From Mytilus trossulus (taxonomy: Eukaryota), in the NCBI RefSeq assembly GCF_036588685.1, contig NC_086382.1, positions 21,266,001 through 21,330,000 on the forward strand: a DNA stretch of 64,000 nt. Reading direction: 5' to 3'. Position numbers and translations under genes: made by a program. The notes below the pieces were generated by a model, which ran no database searches, was not told where the DNA came from, and saw nothing but the letters and a program-made list of their open reading frames with translations. Shown here one piece after another: positions 1 to 12,649 of this stretch (the stretch's first letter is position 1; each line of letters starts with the position of its first letter).

Positions 1-1409
1 CGTAGCCTGACCATTGTCTTCAGTATTTGCATAGATTGGGATAGCTACTAGTTCTTCGGTGATTTTAGCAATGACTTAGAATAAGAAAAACATAATGAGA
101 ATAGATAAGATAACATCAGATCAGATACAAATGTTTTATTTTACTTTGGCACTCTATTTTGTAAAAGTATGCGACACAATATATAATAAGACAAGAATAA
201 TAGCATTAACACAACATAGAATAACAATTACAATAACAGCATGCATTACGTGCACAATTTGATTTGCACACAGTAAATAATAACGATAATGCACTTCAAA
301 CAAAAAAAAACGTCCCATTACAGACCAAGGGTTTGACGTTAATGCTAACATTTTCTCCGCCAATAGTTTCCATAATACGATGAAAGTTATCTCATACATC
401 TTACTTTAATGTGAAAGTAAAATGTTTAATATCATTAAGATGATCTTCTTTGACTGCCACGATTGTTCGCATAACTCATTCTAGTCATTAAGAAAAGGGT
501 TATAAAAAAAAGCTTCATTAGATAAGAATGTTTTCCTAAGTAATTAAAAAAATAAAAATCATTTGAATATTGACGTTTTTATGATATAATAAAAATATAA
601 GATCTTGCATATTTATGTAGCTTTATATCACCATGTTTTTTCATAGATTTAAGAACTTGAATTGACCTGATAATTCAAAACATGACTTTTGGCAAACAGT
701 GTATGAACATTATATTTACCGAAATGTAAATGAACTCATCATAGATACAAGGATTATAAAAAGATACTTAAGTTACCTCTACATCTTTGTATAAAACACA
801 TCTTAGCAAAATAGATTTTGGAATGTACTTATCTAAATAATTATTCTTTACATGTTTAAAAAGATTTTGATATAAAATATATCATGCATACAAAAAAGAA
901 ACAATTCAAGTGATATTCTAACAACTTCGCTTTTGTCGATCCGCATTTTTCATTATATTCTTAGAAGCCCCCCAACATATTTTTTGGTTTGGAAGAAATC
1001 CATACTTTTTGTTGACAAAGCCATCTTTCATGACATCAGAAATTGTTTTTCCACCAGATGCTGTTTTTTCTCCTGTTTTTGTCCATCTGAAATACAAAGC
1101 ATTATTATTAAATGTGTTGCAGTAAAATTGATACCTCCGCCGATGGATCTTGCTCGGGTTACGAGAATAAAAATAGTTGGTATTAAATCTGAAACAACAA
1201 CATAGCATTTCATTCATAATCATTATGCAGGAGATTGAGCGTGTAATATGATTATGTATTAATCTTTTAATAGTTATCAAAGGTACCAGAATTATAAATG
1301 TGTGGTTAGCGGGATAACATATATCTGTAAACCACACAAGAACCTCATAAATGTATAGCATCTAAAATATTTAACATGTTAAAAGATATGTTGTTTCGTA
1401 GATCATTCA

Positions 1410-2289
1410 CACAGGCACTTGTCTCAGAATTTTCCCCCTATATACCTTAATATAACGCAAGGTACTTAACTCGCGATTAAGAAAATGTCAGGCGGTGACG
1501 AAATTCCGTTATATGTCAATTTATCGACTGTCAACCCCATTAAGAGTTGTCATGCCGTAAATCTAAATTGATTTATCTTCACTATTGTGTATAACACGCC
1601 TACTTTTGTTGTCAGAATCATCCGTAGCAATCCTACTCAAGTATGTCAATCGTAATTATTTCGTCTACCGACACAAAATTAGCAATAAACGTCTCGCAGT
1701 AAATGATTAATTATAAAAATTGTTTTAGAGAAAACTGTTAGTTTTCGTATGAATAGAACATATCATCCAGTTAGTACAATTGTATAAGATACCTTGAAAA
1801 AACCTCACAAGTGTTATGTCTAATAAGTTACGAGTTTCCTTTTTTAGATACAAATTTCCCCATGACGTCAATGAAATGCAGACTCTCTCTTGACTTTACG
1901 TATGAAAATGAAAAAAGATCAGATAACTCCGATAATCATTTAGACTTTCCCATAAAATTGACCAATCGGAAACCGAGATATATAAGGAGGCGTGACGCGT
2001 TTATTGCCAATCCCTCAGCGGTTGGCAAAAATATTACGATTAACATACTTTGGTAGGACTGCTACGGATGATTCCGACAACTAATGTAGGCATGTTATAC
2101 ATCGTTGTAAAGATAAATAAATTTAGATTTACGATATAATAAGTTTTAGTGTGGTTGACAGCATAGAAAGCGGCAAATAACTGAATTTCGTCAACGCCTG
2201 ACATTTTTACTAAAATGCAAGGAAAGTACCGTGTGTTATATTAAGGTACAATGTATATAGGAATATTTTTTCTGAGACAAGTGCCAGTG
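1410..2289. mobile_element. Non-autonomous DNA transposon with ~250-bp imperfect TIRs and 8-bp TSD (P-element/hAT-like)
   Basis: Termini CACAGGCACTTGTCTCAG / CTGAGACAAGTGCCAGTG; inverted similarity extends over ~1410-1660 vs ~2030-2289; exact flanking duplication ATCATTCA at 1402-1409 and 2290-2297. Confidence 0.9.
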
Positions 2290-4989
2290 ATCATTCAGAC
2301 TCATTATATACAACAGTCTTTTATATCTGCCGCGAGTTATTTTGGTTTGTGTTTATTGTGCACAAAAAGTAAACAATAAATTATTACACATATGAGATAT
2401 GAATTAAAGCCATTAAGCAGCATATCAATAAAAATCCGCACATAAAATATTTCACCAAAATCTAATAAGTTTTGTTTTCAGTCAAATTATAAATGTTTAT
2501 AATGCACTATTTTATGATTTTTTTTAATTATAAAGAGACGTCGGGTGAAACTGATTAATCAATAAGTCAAATAAAAGCTACTCAACAACCAACATGACCA
2601 CAAAATAACGATTAGACAAACAACAGTTACCAAATATGACGCATATAAAACAAAACAAAAATAGCAATACGTGACCTATAAAAACAGGAAGTGAACTCGG
2701 GCGCACTGAAAGTGTAAGCAGGTTCTGTTCCACTAAAGGCACCATCCTTGTTACGTTTTCAGATACGGAGATCTTCGAATTCGGAATTGTAACAATAGAC
2801 AAATCGATAAGTGACATGACAAAATCAAAATTATACCGATAATCAAAACAACAAAGGTGGTAGTAAAACACGTTCCCTGAAAATAAGCAAATTACATATG
2901 ACAAATGCAGAATACAAATTCTTACTTGTTTGACATATGTTTGGCGTTGACAACGACTGTACTTGAAGACTTCCCATAACCAGGGCCTTTGTGGACCAGA
3001 AACCTTCCACCATTTTTAGTAGTAGCTACAACTCCAGTATGTTTTATTCCAATTTTCCCTAGAAATCCGTTCAATGGTCTGGAAAAAAATGATTACATTA
3101 GTTTTACTGAAAATATACACAAGTCATATAACTACGTTAACAAATAGTCAATACATGGAGTTTATATTGAATAAAGAATCAGATTCAGTGTTGTATCTGT
3201 TACGATTCAACTTTCAGCAAATTGAATTACAAAGTATAAGGTTCAATCAATAAGTAATGCTCCAAACATGGCGTCCATAGATCGAAAAACATTTCTAAAT
3301 TTGTCCTTTGCCTCACGCATTTTTTTGTGTATCTAAACTCTGATATCATTCTCCGTAGAGCTACAAGTATATTGGTTGCTGTAAATTATCAAAACGTTGT
3401 TTTTGTGATCAAGGTTATCGTTATTTTAACATATCTATCATGAGCCAATGAGCAAGCACTGTCGACAAGGACGACCTGATGTAACTTTCAATGCTGCTGA
3501 AAAATGGCTGATCAATAGCAAGCATAATGTCGCAGGCATTGCAAATGAAACACATAGACCCGTCAGGCTTTTCTCCATTATTGAAGGTTGTACTATTGCC
3601 TGTAATATCCACTTCATTTGACCTTTCCGACTATGCAAGACCATCATTGATAGTCAAGGTCGTTTGAAAATTTTCCTCGTCTTTGATTTGACCTTTGATG
3701 GTTAATCGTCTGACTGGCAATAACATCTGATTTTCATATGCGATGAAGATAGATTCTAGCAACACATGACAATGGGTTTCGGTAATGACGTAGGTACTTC
3801 ATAAATACCGTATAGTAAAAAACAATCAAAACCTAGTTATAAGTATTTTAGTAGTACGATATAGACTTAAAAAAGGGTTGTTTTCTAAACAAGTTAACTA
3901 GTTTCATTCTGTTGTTTGGTATAATATGACAGTTACTACAAAAGGTATAATGTCCATTTCTTTGCTTAAATAGATGACATACCTTGAAACACTTTCAACT
4001 TTCGTAACTTTGCTGTTGTATAGATTTGTAAGACCTTTCTTGTTCATATCATGGGGGAGCTGTAAATAAAAATTCAATTTGAAGGAAAAATAATGAAAAC
4101 TCTTACATTGAATTGGTATTAAAAACACTTTCCGCCATGACAAAAAACAGTACGATATAGTTGAACTAAAAACTGGGTTTCAAGATGTTTTGTTTTCTGT
4201 TTATTTGACATGCATATGTATTTGCGCAGAGGAATAATATACCGTTTTTCGTGCGCGCGATAATGTCTCTGAGTTAATTCTAAACGGGAACTGTTGAAAC
4301 CTAAAAGTTTAATTACAAAAATACTTCGTTCGAAAGTTTTGAATCTAAAGTGCCTAAACAGAACGACCTGTCCAAAGTCAACCTGACTGAGGTTTTAGCA
4401 ATGAAGTACAGTTACTTAATTGAAAATGTACATGCATAGTACATCTTTTAAATAAAGCTTGTACTGAATCAGTAATTACTCTGTAGATATTCCCCCTGCA
4501 AACAGATATAACAGAATATCATTTTTGCAATAAACACCTTCAATATGTAAACTACTTGTAGTCAGTGTTAGACCCCTTGATAATTTTAATTGGGAGCAAT
4601 AATTGAACTCTTGAGGTAGTGATTTGTTTTGCCGATTATCTTATAAATTGGATAAAGATGCACACAAGAAATAACCTTTTCATAAGAAACAGACAAAATT
4701 CGGCTTTTGTGTTTCAAAAATAATTAAAACCACGACCGATGATAACCATTTTACTCTTTTACGTATAATAGTCATAGCGATAACAGGCCACGCAGGATAT
4801 TACATTTTGTAATTTACATAGATAGAATTTAGCTTCCATCATTCTAAAAATACATTGTGTCGCATTATTTACATTACTTACCCTTTTAACATTTGATCCT
4901 CCTGATCCACTAGATTTCTAAAAATAAGATTGTATTTGTTGTTAAAAACAGGAATAATGTTTTACGATGACGTTTTTTTTTATATAATT

Positions 4990-5216
4990 TTTGAAATACT
5001 AACTTAAAGGCTTTTCTATCTCATAGTTTACCTTAGCTATATTTGGCAAAACTATTAATAATATTTGGTCTCAAAATGAATGATCTTCAAATTTGTAACT
5101 TATCTGGCCTTCTTAATAATTTTTGATTGGAGTGTCGCTGATGAGTCTTTTGTAGACGAAACGCACGTCTGTCGCAAATATAATGTGTCAATCCTGTTAT
5201 CTATCATGAGTTTATT
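4990..5216 (+). mobile_element. Retrozyme-like repeat fragment carrying a hammerhead motif
   Basis: Same repeat recurs at 10037-10570 (+) and 17191-17476 (-). Confidence 0.75.
5132..5175 (+). ncRNA. Minimal type I hammerhead ribozyme motif
   Basis: GTGTCG-CTGATGA-GTC ttttgta GAC-GAAA-C gcac G-TC-TGTCGC: core intact, 3-bp stem II, minimal stem III, imperfect stem I. Confidence 0.75.
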
Positions 5217-6939
5217 GTTTAAGTATATGTTTTATAATAAAAAAAAAAAAGAATAACAAATATCGTTACATCCAGATTTACCTATCTATAGCTAGATATA
5301 GGGAATTGTTTGTTTGGACAGATTGTCTGCATGATAATGTAGTATACAGAGTTACTGTCACCTACCAAAACGAACATATATATTATCAAAAAATATTTGC
5401 CATAATCAATTCGTCAAGAACCATCAGATGCCTTTCACACACTTTTATTGTGGTGTTGTCTGCAGTATTAAATAAATTGATTATTGTGTACAGCAAGTTC
5501 TTTTCCCCTTTTACATCTTAATTTATACATACACTTTTATTACGACGGAAAAGCCATGCATCACTGATAGAAACCAGTATCAGAATAACTAAAATACTAC
5601 TGCAGCGCATGATAAGTTCCTGTGGCAAAATTTCTTTATTCTGAAAAATAAAAATAAAACATGACGAGAACAAAAAACATAATAGACGTTTATGTTTTGT
5701 ATCGTTTAATTGATATTTCTACTTTTTCAAAAGTATGATATGATTTTATATTTTTTACTAAATCTAACTTTATTGTTATCAAACTGAAGTCATTCTAAAG
5801 AAGTACATAGAAGAATAAAAATAATTTGAATCTTGAATTACAAGTTCTGGTAAGCAAAACTTAGAAAAATAATGCTAATCTGATTATAGAATTACATGTA
5901 TGCTTTATGTATATAATTATTTACATTAGATACAAATATGCAAATGATATGCATGTGTTATAACATCAAACTTACATTTATAGGTAAATACTCCTTATTC
6001 GATGTGAGCCTATCACTAAAAAAGATAATTTCCTTGTATATATACCTCTCAGAAAATAGGATAATTCAAAATGACTAAACCTATCCTTCTTTATTATTTA
6101 TGCTAATTTTGTATTCGAAATAATGACGTAAATATTGTTTTTAGAGATGAAAATTTATGACAACTGATTTCACAGGACATTGACTGGAACACCCTATACA
6201 TGTAATATATGTGACCACAAAGAATGTTTGCATGGAATAATAATAATATTGACTGTCTTTTTAGACGAGGTAAAATTCCACACGTTTAATTTGCAACGAA
6301 GTTATAAGTAAGCGTAATATATTTTATATTTTCTGTTTAAATCATGTAAACTGACTAAGTATATCAGCTAGGAAAGTTTAACATGTTGAATGGTATATCA
6401 TATGAAATTCATTTCTGCAAATTAGGGTTAGCTAGTTTTTGTTATCCCCTTTAGAAACGTTCAAATCCCTGTTTCTGTGGTGTCGTGGCAACATCGCCTA
6501 TATAGTCCCCGCGCCATATACCATTCGGTTTATTACTACAACAAAAAATATAGCCGAAAATATAGCCTTTGTTAATAGTCAAGTTATGCATTTTGTCGTC
6601 AGCTGTATCTAGGGCTATAACACAGAACATGCTGTATTGTAGCAAAGCTGGTATAGCCTTGCAGATCAACTGTTTTTGCAGTTTGTTAAGGATGATAGTA
6701 CTAACAATACAGTCACACTAATATTGTTTTATAATTGAAGACTAAATATGTGACAACTTTAGGACATATATTCACATCTTTCTGAGACATCGTGTCAACG
6801 ATTCTTGAACTATGCCCAGTGTCCTAGCCCAAACTATTGCTTTAGTAAAAAGTGCTGTTCAAAATTGAAAATAGTACATGTTAATAATTACATTACAAAA
6901 TGGTCATTGTAATTATATATGTATCAACTACTTGTAAGA

Positions 6940-7120
6940 TTTGTTTGGTTCTTGACGTCACTCTTAACACACTTGCATGGCTGTATCGTGGTGGTCTTTT
7001 GTCATTGCTGTATGAAGCAGGAGTACTCGGAGAGAACCACCGACCTTCGACAGGAAAACTAGAAATTAAAGTCAGTCAAAATGTAAGTCGAACGCAAATG
7101 ATTCATGTACGACTCGGCAA
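6940..7120 (-). mobile_element. Degenerate SINE fragment
   Basis: Minus strand reads GGTGGTTCTCTCCGAGTACTCCTGCTTC, resembling the GGTTTTCTCCGGGTACTCCGGTTTCC core of widespread metazoan tRNA-derived SINEs. Confidence 0.45.
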
Positions 7121-7439
7121 CAGAATCCTCTAATTATTTTGGTGCACAGATCTTTATCATATATGATGAAGAATATAATTCTGAACCAACTAATGTAAGC
7201 CTTTTCACACTGAAACATTTGCTATAGAATTTAAGTAAGTTATGTTGCAAAGATTTATCTATTATATGATATCGCTTTACATCAGATTTACTACTATATT
7301 ATTGTATGCAATTTTTATAGACTAGTGTTAATTTTATTTATCTAATTGGATCCGATTCATGAGGTTGTCAATTTTCTCTAATGTAAACGTCTAGGTGTCT
7401 TTTGTTGTGATTTTCGTGATTATTATTTGTCATAAGCGA

Positions 7440-8395
7440 ACATCCCTAATTAACTGGGCTTTTAAAAAGTCAGAATGCGAGAACATATGTTCAAACTCTT
7501 TTAGGTAATTTTTTAGTAGCAATAAACAAAAGAACTATGTCAATTGGACATGCTTTGATACTATATATGCGCTTGAATTTTTACTTGATAACATCTTTGT
7601 TCGCTTTGGAGATTCCGTATATCGTCATGTTATTGGAAAACCAATGGGGACTAACTGTGCACCACTTATTGCGGACCTGTTTTTGTATTGTTATGAGTTA
7701 CAATTTATTACTAAAATTAGCAAAGACCCATCGAAACAACATTTGATACAAAAATTTAACAATACTTTCAGATATTTGGATGATATTTTGGCTCTAAATA
7801 ATGACGACTTCAGTATGTATACTAAAGAAATTTATCCTGTTGAACTTACTTTAAATAAAGCTAATACTAACAATGACCACTGCCCTTTCCTCGATCTTGA
7901 TATCTATATCACTAACGGAAAGCTTAATACTAAAATCTATGATAAAAGAGATGATTTTTAAATGGTGACGTTCCCTTGTCACCATGTTATGGTGTTAAAA
8001 TATCTCAACTTGTACGATTCGCTCGTGTTTGTAACAACGTATTAGATTTTAGCGAGAAAAATTTATGTATTACTGAAAAATTATTACACCAGGGTTTTCG
8101 ATATCACCAACTAGTCAAAACATTTACTAAATTTTATCATCGGTATAAGGAAATAATTCGTAAATATAACTCAACATGCAGACATCTTATACGTTCAGGT
8201 ATTTCACATCCAATAGTTTATGGTAATATTCTTTACAAAGCACAAAAATGTCAGCATTCACCTCAAAAGCTTACAAAACCTTTAAACAGACTTATAAAGA
8301 AGGGATATAGTTACGATACTGGTGTCAGGTCATTAAAGATTTCATATTTTGGCGTTAATATTGATTCACTTATAGGGTCTTTGCATCGGAACTAA
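7440..8395 (+). pseudogene. Penelope-like reverse transcriptase, disrupted
   Basis: Motifs G(K)PMGTNCAPLIADLFLY, FRYLDD, PFLDL, IYDKRDDF, YGV.ISQLVRFAR; a deletion/frameshift near 7960 splits ORFs 7644-7961 and 7976-8395. Confidence 0.85.
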
Positions 8396-8707
8396 ACACA
8401 TTTATTTAAAAAACAGTTGTTGGCATGACACGGGTTATGTTCTTCTCATATATTTTATGATAGTATGATACTAAACCCCTAACGGGAGGGATTGTGCCTG
8501 ATATTCATATAATGAAGACATAATCTTTCAATCAGTTTAATTGAGGTCTGGAGCTGGCATGTCAGTAAACTGCTAGTAGTCTGCTGTTATTTATGCATTA
8601 TTGTCATTTTATTTATTTTCTTTTGTTTCATCTTCTGACATCGGACTCGGACTTCTCTTGAACTGAATTTTAATGTGCGTATTGTTATGCGTTTACTTTT
8701 CTACATT

Positions 8708-8798
8708 GGCTAGAGGTATAGGGGGAGGGTTGAGATCTTATGAGCATGTTTAACCCCGCCGAAATTTTGCGCCTGTCCCAAGTCAGGAGCCTCTGGCC
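8708..8798 (+). ncRNA. Putative type-P5 (circularly permuted) twister ribozyme
   Basis: P5 GGCTAGAGGT(8708-17)/GCCTCTGGCC(8789-98); P2 GGGG(8721-24)/CCCC(8754-57); GAGGG 8725-29; U^AA 8751-53; GCC 8758-60; P4 CCTG/CAGG enclosing TCCCAAGT. Confidence 0.8.
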
Positions 8799-9779
8799 TT
8801 TGTTAGTCTTGTATGATTGTTAATTTTAGTTTCTTGTGTATAGTTCGGAGTTTAGTATGACGTCCATTATCACTGTACTAGTATACATATTTTTTAAGAG
8901 GCCAGCTGAAGGACGCCTACGGGTACGGGAGTTTCTCGCTACATTGAAGACCCATTGGTGGCCTTCGTTTATGTTGTCTGCTCTATGGTCGGGTTGTCGC
9001 TTTGACACATTCCCCATTTCCTTTCTCAATTTTATTGTGTTATATAAATCTTCAATTCATAGTAAACGAATCAAATCCCAGGTAATTTGTTTATATAAGT
9101 ATATTGAAAAGAAAGAACCTTCCTCTTCAAAACAATGTGCATTACAACAAAGGATCAAAATGTCCATATACATTCATACATTCTACAAACAGGTAAATAG
9201 AAAAGGACCACCACATTTGTTAAATTATGTGGTAGCCAAGCAAAACATCATCGTATGTATGATGGAGTGATTGATGGATATTACATGTTATTATTATATG
9301 ATTAATGATATATCTTGATTTGTTTTGTTACTTTTTTTGCAACAGCTCACCTTGTTTCAACCTCAAACAGTATTTTAATGAACGTTCATATTACATAATA
9401 TGATATAATTGCGCATGTTTACATGTCAGTATGCAGGTTTATCCCTGAATGACTTTTGGATTTCCCGAAATTGATTTGGAAAAATGTTAGTTAAGAGGCA
9501 GATGTTTTTTATCCGAAACTCCTGCTATACCACTAACTGAAATACAATTGAATAATCACAGATGCTATCGTATCAGTTAGTTTCTTTTAGCTTTTATAAT
9601 TCTAAAGACTTTTGGGATTTTCTTTTGCTAAAAAATTGACTTATTAACTTTTAATTAGAACCAGGGTACTCACCCAGGATTATTTCTTTCTAAAGAACAT
9701 TTAGGTTTTGGTTGTTGTTTTCATTTCATTTCATCTCTCGTTCAAAAGGCTGAATTCAAAATTGATTTCCAGTGTTTCC

Positions 9780-9936
9780 CAGAGGCGGATTTAGGGGGGG
9801 AGGGGGGGGCAGGGCCCCGCTTTTGAGAAAAAAAATTGGTTGCTTACATAGGGATTCACTGAAGCGTGAAGCGATCGGGCCTCCTCTTAGGCAGCTAGTG
9901 GGCCCCCAATTATGAAAATTTCTGGATTCGCTACTG
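9780..9936. mobile_element. Short MITE, CAG..CTG termini (same family as 14253-14400, opposite orientation)
   Basis: CAGAGGCGGATTTAG ... CTGGATTCGCTACTG; flanks TTTCC/TTTTC (4/5 match). Confidence 0.75.
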
Positions 9937-10036
9937 TTTTCGATGTTTGCAACAGCAATTGTTACCGACTTCCAAAGAGACATCCTTGTTGAAGTTTGTG
10001 TTCCAATTGTTAAAACTGAACCAAAAGAACATAATT

Positions 10037-10570
10037 TTAGAAATACCTCATGAATAGATTACCTTAGCTGTGTTATGCAAACCTTTAGGTTTTTTTTATG
10101 GTCCTGAATGCTCTTCAACGTCGTACTTTTTTTGGCCTTTTAATTTATCTATTTTTTATGTTTTTGTTCGAGCGTCACCGATGAGTCTTTTGTAGACGAA
10201 ACGCGAGTGTGGGGCAAATACTTAATTTCAAGTTTATATAATTAGTTTATTTACAACCACTTGGTCGATGCCACTGCTGGTGGAGTTTTAAATCCACGAG
10301 GTTATCTCCAACCTAGTAGTCAGCACTTAAGTTGTCATTGGTATGGTCATAATTAAAAATCAACTGTTAACAAAACTTTGAATTTTAGAAATACTAAGGC
10401 TTTTCCACCTCAGGCATATATTACCGGGGCTGTATTTGGCAAAACATTTTTCCTCAATGCTCTTTAATTTCGTACTTTATTTGGCCTTTTAGATTATTTT
10501 TTTATTCGAGCGTCACTGATAAACATGTCTTTTGTAGACAAAACATGCGTCTGGCATGATTAGTTTATTT
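10037..10570 (+). mobile_element. Tandem retrozyme-like repeat with two degenerate hammerhead motifs
   Basis: Hammerhead-like cores start at 10178 (CCGATGA..GAAA..GTG) and 10516 (CTGATAA..), 338 nt apart; the sequence upstream of each is repeated. Confidence 0.75.
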
Positions 10571-10719
10571 TTTGGCATACTGAAGTAATTTTTGACTTTT
10601 TATCTTAACAAAAGTATAAACACTTGTTTAATAATTCTTTAATCTTTTCTGCATAGTCCAAATGCAATTAAATCGCTTATAAACTCTATGGAACGACATA
10701 TCAAGAACAATTTATGGAA

Positions 10720-12310
10720 CGACCTATCAAGAACAATTATATGTTGACCAATGAACCCTGAAAATGAGATCACGGATTGATGGACCCTGACAGACGAACG
10801 TTCAGTTAAATCTTGACAGACGGACTCGTTCACTTTATAGTCTTTCCATATACCAAATCTAGTTGACCTGTTGACTTTAGTGTCCGAAAAACAGATCTAA
10901 CCAGGATAAATAAAAAGTGATCAATATTCCCTGAAAATGAGGTCAAGGTCAGTTGAACCTTGCGAGACGGACATGGTCACTTAACAGTTTTTCAATATAC
11001 CAAATCTAGTTGACCTATTGACTATAGTGTCTTAAAAAATAGATCTAACCAGGATAAATAAACAGTGACCCATAAACCCTGAAAATTTGATCAAGGTCAG
11101 CTGTACCTTACCAGACGAACATGGTCACTTTACAGAATTCCATACACCATGTCTAGTTGACCTATTGACTATATAAAGTGTCTTTAAACAAACTTGATCA
11201 GAATAGCTGAAAATTGACCAATAAACCCTGACAATTGGGTCAAGGTCAGATGAACTTTGCCAGACGGACAAATTCACTTTACTGTCTTACCATCTATTAA
11301 ATCTAGTTGACCTATTGACTATATATATATTTGTAGGATCCTTTACTATAGATAATTTAGCTGATCTGTAAAAATAATATCTTCATGCCTTATATACCAT
11401 GTACTGTAATACGACGCTAGATTAAAACTGACGTGGAAAGGTAACATCCGGCCACCGGAAGCTTCATTTTGAAGCCCAGGTGGTCGTGTGGTCTAGCGCG
11501 CCGGTTACAGTGCAGGCGATTTGGTGTCACGATATCTCAGTAGCATGGGTTCGAATTCCGGCGAGGGAAGAACAGATTACAGATCTAACATTGTTTGGTT
11601 GATGTTTAGACGAGTTGTATATACATAATGTACGCAGCCATGTATCACCATCACTGCTGGTGATCCGATGGATAAATTTGTTGTAGAGTTGTCACTGGCT
11701 CAGACGTACTTATAAATATAATTATTATCTGTGACTGTATCTTATATTAATTTGTAGGATCCTTTAGCTGATCTGTAAAAATAACATCTCCATGCTATAT
11801 TTTAGAAACAGACCTAACCAGGATAACTCAAGAGTGTTCAATAAATCCTGGAAATGGGGTCAAGGAGAGTTAAACCTTGACAGACGCACATTTTCACTTT
11901 ACAGTCTTTACATATACCAAATCAATGTTACCATTTGACTATAGTATCTTAGAAACAGACCTTATAAAAATAACTAAAAAGTTACCAATAAACCCTGTAA
12001 ACGTTGTCAAGGTCAGATCTTACTTGCCACACATCCATGTACACTTTACAATCTGACATTCCATACAACATACACAAAAAATTAGTTGACCTATTGCTTA
12101 TAGTATCTGAGAAAGAGACAAACATGAAACCTAAAACGTGTTCAATAATCTTTGAGATGAGGCCAAGGTCAGGTTGACCCTGTATGATATACACGTAGAA
12201 CTTTCAAGGCTCTTATATACATTAAATATAGTTATCTTCTATTCACAAAATGTGAGAAATTTACAAGACAAAAAACAAAACAGTTTATTAACAAAACCAC
12301 ATTGATCCAA
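10720..12310. repeat. ~148-bp tandem array typical of Helentron-associated (HINE-like) elements, interrupted at 11329-11795
   Basis: Recurring AAATCTAGTTGACCTATTGACTATAG and GGTCAAGGTCAG near 10855, 11002, 11150, 11299, 11920 and 12080. Confidence 0.7.
11329..11795 (+). mobile_element. Terminally redundant 421-bp repeat with an internal tRNA-like Pol III promoter, inserted at (TA)n
   Basis: ATTTGTAGGATCC...TTAGCTGATCTGTAAAAATAA at 11329 and 11750; A-box-like TGGTCGTGTGG 11481-91; B-box GGTTCGAATTCC 11548-59. Confidence 0.75.
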
Positions 12311-12649
12311 GAAATTATATTTTTATATTTATCATTCATATATATATGCACTAGTATTTTAATATGCAATAATCAGTTGCTATTTGTCAGAAGAATGCAA
12401 TGAGTGATCTCAACAACATCAAAAGATTTGTCACTTTTTACTCAAATCTAGAGTATCAAAAGAATGTATACTAGGTCTGGTAATGTGCCTTTTTAAGAAC
12501 AGCTTTAAATTATGCTTTTTTTTATAAAGTGCCAATGATATGAAACAGTATCCGTCTGTCTTTAATCTGTTTCTTCACTGAGAAACGATGTTTAAAGTTG
12601 TATTTATTGATTTGGATTCATGTTTGATTGTCCTAGATGATAAATGCAT

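Larger units (their letters stand above)
7440..9035 (+). mobile_element. 5'-truncated Penelope-like retroelement (RT 3' half plus ~640-nt 3' region)
   Basis: RT reading frame ends at 8395 and is followed by a non-coding tail that recurs at 43520-43739, 49833-50530 and 50246-50352; no GIY-YIG domain after the RT. Confidence 0.8.

Noticed and set aside
1-1361. Possible minus-strand exons of a membrane protein (hydrophobic run at ~170-240, IYAN motif near 30, ORF 918-1361)
   Set aside because: No consistent splice-phase model; stops present; part of the ORF is repeat-derived
3270-3647. B-box-like Cys/His pattern on the minus strand
   Set aside because: Ligands are split over frames and too degenerate to support a call
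8826-9270. ORFs 8836-9270 and 8826-9029
   Set aside because: They fall in the non-coding Penelope-like tail and run across its 3' boundary or antisense to it
11474-11568. Functional tRNA gene
   Set aside because: A/B boxes are present, but I could not fold a proper acceptor and anticodon stem, and it lies inside a repeat
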